Shown piece by piece: positions 17,368 through 26,265 of a stretch of DNA of 32,000 nucleotides; position 1 is the first letter of the stretch, and each line of letters begins with the position of its first letter. Where the stretch lies: contig CAYSGH010000018.1 of NCBI GenBank assembly GCA_964430505.1, forward strand, positions 8,365 through 40,364, read 5' to 3'. The notes under the pieces were generated by a model. It saw only the letters and a program-made list of their open reading frames with translations, was not told the DNA's origin and did not search any database. Origin of the DNA: an uncultured Akkermansia sp. GTDB lineage: Bacteria; Verrucomicrobiota; Verrucomicrobiia; Limisphaerales; UBA9464. The position numbers and the translations under genes are program-made.

Positions 17368-17417
17368 GGGCGAGGGGCGGGAAGCGGGGGGCGGGAGGCG
17401 GGGGGCGGGGGGCGGGG
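17368..17417 (+). repeat. G-run tract (eight runs of 3-6 G) containing the 20-mer GCGGGGGGCGGGGGGCGGGG
   Basis: Counted by hand: G runs at 17368-70, 17374-77, 17379-81, 17386-91, 17393-95, 17400-05, 17407-12 and 17414-17. It starts 6 nt after the permease stop. The 20-mer at 17398-17417 is identical to 29768-29787. Confidence 0.7.
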
Positions 17418-17588
17418 AACGAGGAGCGAGGATCGGGACGTGAAAGGGTTCATGAGGAGCGTTCTATCAGGGTGCTTGCACGCCGGCTGGAGCCGGCCGT
17501 GGTCCAGGGCGCATGTTGGACGTGGCGGCGCCGATGGTAGGAAGGATGCGCATTTCAACGGCCCCGAGACGGCCCAGCGACGGCCCTG

Positions 17589-17623
17589 CCGCTCGCCGCT
17601 CACCGCTCACCGCTCACCGCTCG
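17589..17623 (+). repeat. Five tandem copies of the heptamer CCGCTC(A/G), ending 2 nt before a start codon
   Basis: CCGCTCG CCGCTCA CCGCTCA CCGCTCA CCGCTCG, then TC, then ATG at 17626. Confidence 0.8.
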
Positions 17624-17625
17624 TC

Positions 17626-18540
17626 ATGAACCCACTCCTACTTCTTCTGTCCATCGCGTTCCTCGCCTTGGGTTGCTCGGTACGTGCCGTCCCTCGGACG
17701 CGTTTTGTGGCGGTCATGGGGGCCTACAGCCCCGAGATGCAGGCCAATCGCGCCGCCATCGCGGGCAACCGTGCCCCGCTTCATGTCTGGAACCACAACG
17801 GCGTCCGCTTCGAGCACCATCGCCTGGATGGGCTGGACGTGCTGCTGTTCTCGTCCGGGGTCAGCATGGTGAACGCCGCGATGACGACGCAGCTCGCCCT
17901 GGAACGCTTCCACGTCACGCACGTCCTGTTTGCGGGCGTGGCCGGTGGCATCGATCCCGCGCGGCGCATCGGTGACGTCGTGATTCCCGAGCACTGGTTT
18001 CATCACAGCGAGGCCGTGTATGCGAACCCGCGCGCGGACGGTCCCGGGCACGTCCTGCCCTCGTACTTCAAGCCGCCCTACGAGAACTTTGGGTTCATCT
18101 ACCCGGACAATGTCAGCGTCATCCGGTCCGGCATGGACCAGCCCGCCGACGTGCCGTCGTTCCCGGCGGATTCCCGCTTGCTGGGCCTGGCGCGCGCCGC
18201 CATCGCGGATGTCCCGCCCCTGCGCTGGTCCACCAACACGGCCGCCCTCCAGGTCGGCGGGGCGGGCATTTCCGGGCCTGTGTTCATGGACAACCGGGAA
18301 TACCGCCGCTGGGCCTTCCGGGTGTGGAAGGCGGGCTGCCTTGACATGGAATCGACGGCGATCGCCCAGGTTTGCTGGGCCAACCAGAAGCCGTTTCTCG
18401 TGATCCGCAGCCTGAGCGACCTCGCAGGGGGGCAGGAGGGGATCAACGCCGCCGACACCACGGAGGTTCCCATCGCCACGCACGCCGCCGTGGTGCTTCG
18501 CGCCGTCCTGGCCCGGCTGGCCGCGTCGCCGTCGCCCTGA
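17626..18540 (+). CDS. Exported PNP_UDP_1-family nucleosidase (MTA/SAH nucleosidase- or purine nucleosidase-like), possible lipoprotein
   Basis: ATG at 17626 within long ORF 16300..18540. Signal peptide MNPLLLLLSIAFLALGC (the lipobox is non-canonical). Motifs SSGVSMVNAAMTTQLALERF, FAGVAGGI and LDMESTAIAQVCWANQKPFLVIRSLSDLAGG parallel MtnN/PNP family signatures. Confidence 0.75.
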   Translation: MNPLLLLLSIAFLALGCSVRAVPRTRFVAVMGAYSPEMQANRAAIAGNRAPLHVWNHNGVRFEHHRLDGLDVLLFSSGVSMVNAAMTTQLALERFHVTHVLFAGVAGGIDPARRIGDVVIPEHWFHHSEAVYANPRADGPGHVLPSYFKPPYENFGFIYPDNVSVIRSGMDQPADVPSFPADSRLLGLARAAIADVPPLRWSTNTAALQVGGAGISGPVFMDNREYRRWAFRVWKAGCLDMESTAIAQVCWANQKPFLVIRSLSDLAGGQEGINAADTTEVPIATHAAVVLRAVLARLAASPSP

Positions 18541-18550
18541 GTCAACGACC

Positions 18551-18573
18551 GCGCCTCCTCGTGCTGGAGGCGC
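18551..18573. terminator. Hairpin in a convergent intergenic gap (8 bp GC-rich stem, 7 nt loop)
   Basis: GCGCCTCC-TCGTGCT-GGAGGCGC lies between the nucleosidase stop (18540) and the stop of the HAD-like gene (18585). No T tract on either side. Confidence 0.4.
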
Positions 18574-18584
18574 CACCCCGCCCG

Positions 18585-19313
18585 TCAGGGAAGCGGATGT
18601 CCCAGCAGCCGCTCGGCCAAGTCGCCCAGGTCCTCCAAGGGCGCATGGCCCGCCGCGAGGTCCGGCACCAGCGACAGCACCGCCACGCAACCCGCCAAAA
18701 CCCCCGCGCGCGCATCCGCAGCGGACCCCGCGACCTTCACCACGCGTGCCCCGGTGCCCAGGTTGCATCGCCTGCGCGCCTCCTCCACTTGCCCAGGGCC
18801 AGGCCGGGGCACCAGCACCTCGTCCGCCCCCACCAGCGCATCCACCTTCCCGGGGCCACTCCATCCCACGGCGCGGATGAACGCCGCCGCCACGTCCCCG
18901 TCGAGTTCCGTGTCGATGGCGACTTGGATGCCCTGGGCGCCCAATTCCGCCATCAGCGTCTCGGCGCCAGGTTGGACACGGAGGTTGCCGGCCAACTTCA
19001 CGGACTCCATGAGCCGCATGCGAAAGTCCTCATGGACCGCCGTCACCAACGGGCGCACGACGTCCGGCGCAAGTCGTGTCTCGCCCGTCACCCACTCCTG
19101 CAAGGCCGCACGCGTGGGCAACTCCGCCAATCGAGCCACGTCGTGGTCGCCGGCGGGGAGGTCTGCGTCGGACAAGGCCGCCGCAAGGCAGGCCCGCACC
19201 CGTTCTCGTTCCGGGCACAACCCGCCGAGGAGATCGATGACGACCAGGTCGGGATTCCGGATGGAATCCGCGACGGAACGCCCTGCGGCGTCATGGGGGA
19301 CAACGGCATGCAT
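18585..19313 (-). CDS. HAD-superfamily-like protein with atypical catalytic motifs
   Basis: Motif I reads VVIDLLGGL (nucleophile Asp present, Asp+2 replaced by Leu). Motif III reads PRPGPG (Arg instead of Lys, as in the phosphonatase-like subgroup). Motif IV reads VAGSAADARAGVLAG, with the first Asp lost. Confidence 0.5.
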   Translation of the reverse strand: MHAVVPHDAAGRSVADSIRNPDLVVIDLLGGLCPERERVRACLAAALSDADLPAGDHDVARLAELPTRAALQEWVTGETRLAPDVVRPLVTAVHEDFRMRLMESVKLAGNLRVQPGAETLMAELGAQGIQVAIDTELDGDVAAAFIRAVGWSGPGKVDALVGADEVLVPRPGPGQVEEARRRCNLGTGARVVKVAGSAADARAGVLAGCVAVLSLVPDLAAGHAPLEDLGDLAERLLGHPLP

Positions 19314-19462
19314 GATGAGGGACGCCCGTGGGGCATCGGATGTATTCCCGTCATGCTAGCTTCCCGGCCGCTCCCCCGAGCAAAGGTTGCGTGGCCTTTC
19401 GGTGACAAAACGGGAACGGGCCGTCGTTGCGCGCGGGCCGCCGGGTATGGACGAATAGGCGC

Positions 19463-21154
19463 GTGAAACGACGTGACTTCATCCTGCGGACTTCGAGCGC
19501 CTCCGTGGCGTGGCTTGCCGCGATGCGTGCCTCGGCGGCGATGGGGCGCGAGGTCGTGGCCGACCTGGTGATCGTGGGCGGCGGGGTGGGGGGCTGCGCG
19601 GCCGCCCTCGCCGCGTGCCGTGCCGGGCTCCGTGTGGTGCTGACCGAGGAGACCGACTGGCTCGGCGGCCAACTCACGGCGCAGGCCGTCCCTCCCGACG
19701 AGCACCCGTGGATCGAGTCCCATGGTTGCACGGCGTCGTACCGCCGGTTTCGCGAGGGCGTGAGGCAGTTCTACCGGGAGCACTTCCCGTTGCTGCCCGG
19801 TCCCCGGGCCGACGCGCGACTGAACCCCGGCAACGGATGGGTCTCACGCCTCTGCCACGAGCCCAGGGTCGCGCTCGCCGTCTTGCAGCAGATGCTGGCC
19901 CCGCACGTGGCCTCCGGCCGTCTTCGCGTCCTGCTGCGGACGCGTCCGGTCGCCGCGGAGAGCGACGGGGACCGCGTCCGCGCGGTGACGGTGGAGACGG
20001 AGGGTGACAGCCGTCGGGCGTTGGTGGCCCCGTGGTTCGTGGACGCGACCGAGCTGGGCGACCTGTTGCCGTTGGCGGGGGTGGAGCATGTGGTGGGCGC
20101 GGAGTCGCGGGCCGAGACGGGCGAGGATCATGCGCCGGAGCAAGCGGACCCGATGGACCAGCAGGCGCTGACGTGGTGCTTCGCCGTGGACCACTGCGAG
20201 GGCGAGGATCACGTGATCCCCCGGCCGGAGCGCTGGTCCTTTTGGCGCGACTACGTGCCTGCGATGAGCCCGGCATGGCCGGGGCGGTTGTTGTCCTGGG
20301 AATGCTCGCATCCCATCACGCTCAAGCCGCGTTCGTTCGCGTTTGACCCCACGGGCCGCGCAGCCGGGTACAACCTTTTCACGTATCGTCGCATCGCCGA
20401 CGCGGCGCAGTTTGCGACGGGCACCTACCGCTCCGGCATCTCCCTCGTCAACTGGCCCCAGAACGACTACTGGCTCGCCCCGATCGTCGGGCCCGGCGTG
20501 ACCCCGGCGCAGGTGGCGGAACGGCTCCGCGACGCGCGGCAACTCAGCCTGTGCCTCCTGTACTGGATGCAAACGGAGGCCCCGCGCCCCGACGGCGGCA
20601 CGGGCTGGAAGGGCCTGCGGCTGCGGGACGACGTGGGCGACGGGCCGGATGGTCTCGCCAAGGCGGTGTACGTGCGCGAGGCGCGCCGGATTCGGGCCGA
20701 GTTCACCGTCACCGAGCGCCACGTCGGCGAGGAGGCGCGCATCCGCGAGACCGGCAAGCCCAAGGAGGACGTGGTGGCGACGCCCTTCCCGGATTCCGTG
20801 GGCGTGGGGGCCTACCGGATCGACCTGCATCCCTCGACGTCGGGCCGGAACTACGTGGACCTGGGCTCGTTGCCGTTCCAGGTGCCGCTGGGGGCGTTGA
20901 TCCCGCGGCGCGTGGAGAACGTCCTCGCCGGCGGCAAGAACCTCGGCGTGACGCACATCACCAACGGCTGCTACCGGCTGCACCCGGTCGAGTGGAACAT
21001 CGGCGAGGCGGCGGGCGCGCTGGCGGCATTCTGCAAGGCGCGCAACGTTGCCCCCCGCGCCGTGCGCAACCAACCCAAGGTCCTCGCGGACTTCCAGCAA
21101 CGGATTCGAAGCGACGGCTTCGAGACCGAATGGCCGCGCACCCGGCCGTTGTGA
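19463..21154 (+). CDS. Tat-exported FAD-dependent oxidoreductase (FAD_oxidored / PF12831-like)
   Basis: A GTG start at 19463 gives the twin-arginine signal MKRRDFILRTSSASVAWLAAMRASAA. A dinucleotide-binding fold follows: DLVIVGGGVGGCAAALAACRAGLRVVLTEETDWLGGQ. Confidence 0.7.
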   Translation: MKRRDFILRTSSASVAWLAAMRASAAMGREVVADLVIVGGGVGGCAAALAACRAGLRVVLTEETDWLGGQLTAQAVPPDEHPWIESHGCTASYRRFREGVRQFYREHFPLLPGPRADARLNPGNGWVSRLCHEPRVALAVLQQMLAPHVASGRLRVLLRTRPVAAESDGDRVRAVTVETEGDSRRALVAPWFVDATELGDLLPLAGVEHVVGAESRAETGEDHAPEQADPMDQQALTWCFAVDHCEGEDHVIPRPERWSFWRDYVPAMSPAWPGRLLSWECSHPITLKPRSFAFDPTGRAAGYNLFTYRRIADAAQFATGTYRSGISLVNWPQNDYWLAPIVGPGVTPAQVAERLRDARQLSLCLLYWMQTEAPRPDGGTGWKGLRLRDDVGDGPDGLAKAVYVREARRIRAEFTVTERHVGEEARIRETGKPKEDVVATPFPDSVGVGAYRIDLHPSTSGRNYVDLGSLPFQVPLGALIPRRVENVLAGGKNLGVTHITNGCYRLHPVEWNIGEAAGALAAFCKARNVAPRAVRNQPKVLADFQQRIRSDGFETEWPRTRPL

Positions 21155-21209
21155 AACCCGCCCAAGGCCGCGCTTTGCCACCCCGCCGGTCGTCGGTAGC
21201 CTGACGCGC

Positions 21210-22277
21210 ATGGCAATGGAACTCCGGGACTCGCACGGCCGGGTGATGCGCGACCTGCGGGTCAGCGTCACCGACCGTTGCAACTTTCGGTGTTTGTACT
21301 GCCTCCCGGAGACGGAGGAGGCCGCCAACTTCTACCGCACGCGCTGGGCCGGCGCGCCCGGTGGCCTCCCCGCCACCCGGCCCATCGCCTACGAATGGAA
21401 GCCCCGCGCCGAGCTGCTCTCCTACGAGGAGATCGAGCGCGTCGTCCGCGTGGCCGCCGCCCTCGGCATCGACAAGGTCCGCGTCACGGGCGGCGAGCCC
21501 CTCCTTCGCCAGGGGGTCGAGGGCCTCGTTGGAAGCCTCGCCCGCATCCCGGGCGTCCGCGACCTCGCCATGACCACCAACGGATTCCTTTTCCCGTCCA
21601 AGGCGCAGGCCCTTCGGGAGGCCGGGCTGCACCGGGTCAGCTTCAGCATGGACTCGCTGGATCCTGCCAACTTCCGCCGCATGACGGGGCGCGACGGGCT
21701 CTCGGGCGTCCTCGAAGGAATCCAGCTCGCGCGGCGCCTGGGCTTCGCGCCCATCAAGGTCAACGCCGTCGTCATTCGCGGCATGAACGACCATGAGGTG
21801 GAGGACCTCGCCGCGTTCGCCCACGAGCATGACCTCTCCATGCGGTTCATCGAGTTCATGCCCCTCGACTCCAGCCGCGCATGGCAACGCGACCTCGTCG
21901 TCCCGGGCTCCGAGATCCTCCGTCGCCTCAACGCCCGTTGGAGCCTCGTCCGCGTCGAGGCCCCCGACCGCCCCAGCGAGACGGCGCGCCGATGGCGGTT
22001 CCCGGATGGCCGTGGCGAGATCGGTGTCATTGCGCCCGTCAGCGAGCCTTTCTGCGGCCACTGCAACCGGATCCGCCTCACCGCCGACGGCAAGGTCCGA
22101 ACCTGCCTGTTCAGCCTTGTTGAGCACGACCTGCGCCCCCTGCTTCGCGGCGGGGCCTCGGATGACGACCTGGCGCTCCGCCTGGTGGAGATCGTCCGCG
22201 GGAAGGAGGCCGGGCATCGCATCGGGAAGCCGGACTTTGTCCAGCCCGCCCGCACCATGAGCTGCATCGGTGGCTGA
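21210..22277 (+). CDS. moaA: GTP 3',8-cyclase MoaA (radical SAM, molybdenum cofactor biosynthesis)
   Basis: CNFRCLYC radical-SAM cluster motif, VRVTGGEPLL, a C-terminal second cluster CGHCNRIRLTADGKVRTCLF, and a terminal GG. Confidence 0.9.
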   Translation: MAMELRDSHGRVMRDLRVSVTDRCNFRCLYCLPETEEAANFYRTRWAGAPGGLPATRPIAYEWKPRAELLSYEEIERVVRVAAALGIDKVRVTGGEPLLRQGVEGLVGSLARIPGVRDLAMTTNGFLFPSKAQALREAGLHRVSFSMDSLDPANFRRMTGRDGLSGVLEGIQLARRLGFAPIKVNAVVIRGMNDHEVEDLAAFAHEHDLSMRFIEFMPLDSSRAWQRDLVVPGSEILRRLNARWSLVRVEAPDRPSETARRWRFPDGRGEIGVIAPVSEPFCGHCNRIRLTADGKVRTCLFSLVEHDLRPLLRGGASDDDLALRLVEIVRGKEAGHRIGKPDFVQPARTMSCIGG

Positions 22278-22411
22278 CACCGGGCCTGTTCCACGAAAAG
22301 AGCCGGAGGCCGAGGGCTCCCGCCGTCGTCACCGGGACCAGGACCAGCTGCGGGTTGAGCGGACTTGCGGCGCGACGGGGCGGGGGAGGACGGCCGGGAC
22401 TCCCGACAGGG

Positions 22412-23902
22412 CTACCGTCCCTGGACCCAGCGCAGCAGCTCGATGAGGCGCGGCGGCTGGCCCGTGCGCAGGATGGCCAGGCGGAAGATGCGCCCGCAGG
22501 CCCAAAGCAGGAACACGTCGAAGGCCACCAACAGCACGCCCGTCCCGACCACGTCCAGCCACGGGGGGGACGCCGCGATGCGGTTCATCATGACGAACGG
22601 CGTGTAGATCGGGATCCACGACGTCACGGTCGCGATCGGGCCGTTGGGATCCCTCGGGATGAAGGGCATCAGGAACATCGGGACCATCAGCACGATCATC
22701 ACCGGGCCCATGAGGTTCTGGGCGTCCTTCAGCGTGTTGCACAACGAACCGATGGTGAGGAACACGGTGGCATAGGCGATGTAGCCCAGGACGAAGTAGC
22801 CTCCGAAGGCCGGGAGCAACCAGCTCGAACGCAGGAGACCGGCCACGTCGGCCGCGATGTTGCCCGCCCCGCCGGACGCCGCCCCGGCGGGAAGGAAGAG
22901 GGAGGCCACGATGCCCATGCCAAAGATGGAGCCCACCCACGCCAGCATCATCACCCCGCCGGTCATCATCACCCCGAGCAGCTTCCCGAGCATCAGCTCG
23001 TGCGGCGTCACGCTCGACAGCAACACCTCGATGATGCGGTTCGACTTCTCCTCGATCACCGAGTTCAGGAGCATCTGGGACACCGCGAAGATCGACACCC
23101 ACAGCAGGTACACGAAGAAGCTCGGCGCCCATTGGCGGATGCGGTCCTTCATCCCCACGCGCTCGTCCCCCGCCGCCTTGCGCGGGTCCAGCTCCGTCAC
23201 CGGCGCCCGCCGCGCCTCCACGCGCGCCACGATGGCCGGGTCCACGCCCAGCGACCGGTATTCGCGCCCCTGCAGCTCCTCGGTGACGATGCGTTGCAAC
23301 GTGTCGCGCAGCCCCGTGTCCGCCTGGTTCTCGCCCCAGTACCGGATGGCCGACGCCGGGCCGTTCGTGGCCCCGAGGCCGCGCGGGATGATCACGGCGG
23401 CGAAGAGCTTGGGCGTGGGCGAGGCCTCGGTGCGCGGCAGCGTGCGTTCCCCCCGAAGCCATGGCCGCAACTGGGCCTCCAGGAGCGTCGGCTCGGCCGT
23501 GCCATCCACGCCCTCCGGCAAGGGAACCTCGAGCCATGCGGGCCGTGACGTTTTCCCCGGGACGGATGGCGCGTCGCTGGTCGCGGCCGCGTCCGGGCCC
23601 GAAGCAGCCTCCAACGCCTCGGCTGCGCCCGGGTTGTTGGCGGCTTGCGCCATGGCGCGCCGCGCCTCGTCCAGCTCGCCTTGCCGGCGCCGGGCCAGTT
23701 CCTTGCGGATGATGGGCGCGAACGACCCGTCCTGGTCCACGAGGACGAAGTGCCGCGTCGAGACCCCCTTGGCCATGAGCAACGCCGGCACCGTCGATGC
23801 CACCGCGATGATCAACGGGAACAGCAGGATCCCAATCCAGAACCCCTTGGTCCGGGCGTTCTCCATGAACTCGCGCCAACCCACCCGCCACACGTACTTC
23901 AT
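22412..23902 (-). CDS. ABC-2 type transporter permease (NatB-like) with a large extracytoplasmic loop
   Basis: N-terminal TM helix (FWIGILLFPLIIAVASTVPALLM), a ~220 aa soluble loop, then 5-6 C-terminal TM helices. Its start overlaps the upstream ATPase stop by 4 nt. Confidence 0.75.
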   Translation of the reverse strand: MKYVWRVGWREFMENARTKGFWIGILLFPLIIAVASTVPALLMAKGVSTRHFVLVDQDGSFAPIIRKELARRRQGELDEARRAMAQAANNPGAAEALEAASGPDAAATSDAPSVPGKTSRPAWLEVPLPEGVDGTAEPTLLEAQLRPWLRGERTLPRTEASPTPKLFAAVIIPRGLGATNGPASAIRYWGENQADTGLRDTLQRIVTEELQGREYRSLGVDPAIVARVEARRAPVTELDPRKAAGDERVGMKDRIRQWAPSFFVYLLWVSIFAVSQMLLNSVIEEKSNRIIEVLLSSVTPHELMLGKLLGVMMTGGVMMLAWVGSIFGMGIVASLFLPAGAASGGAGNIAADVAGLLRSSWLLPAFGGYFVLGYIAYATVFLTIGSLCNTLKDAQNLMGPVMIVLMVPMFLMPFIPRDPNGPIATVTSWIPIYTPFVMMNRIAASPPWLDVVGTGVLLVAFDVFLLWACGRIFRLAILRTGQPPRLIELLRWVQGR

Positions 23903-24825
23903 CGAAAGCTCGCCTCCCGGGCCGAAGGCCCCACCAACGCCATGAACACGTCGTGCAGGCTCGGCTCGGCCGCGTCGAACGAACGCAGCCGGATGGACCG
24001 CTCAAAGCAGGCCCTCAGCACGTCCTGCGGGTCCGCCCGCTCCGCCAACGTCACCTGCCACCGCGCCGGCCCCGTCGCGTGAAGCCCCGCCACGCCCGCC
24101 AGTCCCGCCAGCGCGCCGGGGTCGTCGTCGGTCTCGATCTTCACCACGCGCGGCACCACCCGGCGCGCCTCGGGCACGGTGCCGTCAAACAAGGCGCGGC
24201 CGCGGGCGATGATGACGAGGCGGTCGCACAGCCGCTCCGCATGCTGCATCACGTGGGTGCTGAACAACACGGTCCGCCCACGCGCCCGCAGGTCCTGCAC
24301 GATTTCCTCGAGCACGCCTTGGTTGACGGGGTCGAGCCCCGAGAAGGGCTCGTCCAGGATCACGAGTTCCGGGTCATGCGCGATGCTGGCCAGCACCTGG
24401 ACCTTTTGGCCCATGCCCTTGGACAGGGCCTCCGTCCGGGCCTCCGCGAAGTCCTTGAGCCCGTATCGTTCGAGCAGCTCGAACGCACGCCGCCGCGCGT
24501 CCAGGCGGGACATCCCCTTCAGCCCGGCAAAGTACGCGATCACGGACCAGGCCTTCATCTTCTTGTAGAGGCCCTTTTCCTCCGGCAGGTAGCCGACCCG
24601 CCCGCGCACTTCCAAGGCCGATGCCGCCCCTAGCACCCGGATCGTTCCCGACGTCGGCCGGAGGATGTCGAGGATCATGCGCAGGGTTGTCGTCTTGCCG
24701 GCGCCATTCGGGCCAAGGAAGCCGTAGATGCAGCCCCGTGGCACCCGTAGGGACAGGCCATCCACGGCGGTGAAGTCGCCATATCGCTTCGTGACCGTGT
24801 CCAATTCCAGAGCGGGCCCGTCCAT
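23899..24825 (-). CDS. ABC transporter ATP-binding protein (NatA/ABC-2 subfamily)
   Basis: Walker A GPNGAGKTT, signature LSKGMGQKV, Walker B LVILDEPFSGLD. A start at the MDGPALE ATG (24825) or the GTG at 24843 is possible. Confidence 0.9.
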   Translation of the reverse strand: MDGPALELDTVTKRYGDFTAVDGLSLRVPRGCIYGFLGPNGAGKTTTLRMILDILRPTSGTIRVLGAASALEVRGRVGYLPEEKGLYKKMKAWSVIAYFAGLKGMSRLDARRRAFELLERYGLKDFAEARTEALSKGMGQKVQVLASIAHDPELVILDEPFSGLDPVNQGVLEEIVQDLRARGRTVLFSTHVMQHAERLCDRLVIIARGRALFDGTVPEARRVVPRVVKIETDDDPGALAGLAGVAGLHATGPARWQVTLAERADPQDVLRACFERSIRLRSFDAAEPSLHDVFMALVGPSAREASFR

Positions 24826-25043
24826 GTCCACGGCCAACAACACACCCGCCCGGCTGAAGTTTCAACGATGGAGGCGGTCGCCGACAGGCCTTGAGGCCTG
24901 CGTTGGAGCGGGTCATGGGCAAGGGCCGGCCTGCGCGGTGCGGGCGGACAAGCGAGGCCACGCTCGTCGGCCACGCTTGGACCAGCGGCTCCCGGTGGTC
25001 GCCACGCCACGTCGCTGCAAGGGGTCCCCGCCGGAGGAATCCG

Positions 25044-25071
25044 TTGACCCATTGGGGCTCACCGATAGTCT
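25044..25071 (+). promoter_or_regulatory. Candidate sigma70-type promoter for gap (TTGACC-N16-TAGTCT)
   Basis: The -35-like TTGACC is at 25044-25049 and the -10-like TAGTCT at 25066-25071, about 40 nt upstream of the gap ATG. An unusually AT-rich leader follows. This is pattern match only. Confidence 0.3.
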
Positions 25072-25086
25072 GCCCTTCCGGTTTGA

Positions 25087-26160
<1,074 letters not shown>

Positions 26161-26178
26161 CGTCCCTTCCTCCCTCCA

Positions 26179-26213
26179 GGGCGGGCGCGGGACAATCCCA
26201 CGCCCGCCCTTTT
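26179..26213 (+). terminator. Rho-independent terminator of gap
   Basis: GGGCGGGCG-C-GGGA-CAA-TCCC-A-CGCCCGCCC followed by TTTT, i.e. 9 + 4 bp stem with one mismatch. It begins 19 nt after the gap stop. Confidence 0.7.
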
Positions 26214-26265
26214 GCTTGCGCCTTGCCCCTCCCGCCAGCGCCTCCGGCTCCCCGCCTCCCCCGTC

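Noticed and set aside
17418-17588. Possible tRNA or small RNA gene in the 264 nt permease-nucleosidase spacer
   Set aside because: There is no T-loop (GGTTCRANYC) or cloverleaf arrangement, only a short palindromic hairpin (GCCGGC-TGGA-GCCGGC, 17482-17497). That is insufficient to call an RNA gene.
16300-18540. 746 aa ORF suggesting a long N-terminal extension of the nucleosidase
   Set aside because: Its upstream part is the off-frame reading of the permease gene plus the intergenic repeats. A signal peptide and the conserved domain both begin at ATG 17626.
21000-21209. Possible Moco riboswitch upstream of moaA
   Set aside because: The intergenic gap is only 55 nt, and I could not find the conserved Moco-motif elements in or around it. 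An Rfam scan would settle this.
22329-24005. 558 aa minus-strand ORF overlapping the ABC-2 permease in another frame
   Set aside because: It is Arg/Gly/Pro-rich with no TM helices. The 22412..23902 frame gives a well-behaved membrane protein whose start overlaps the ATPase stop.
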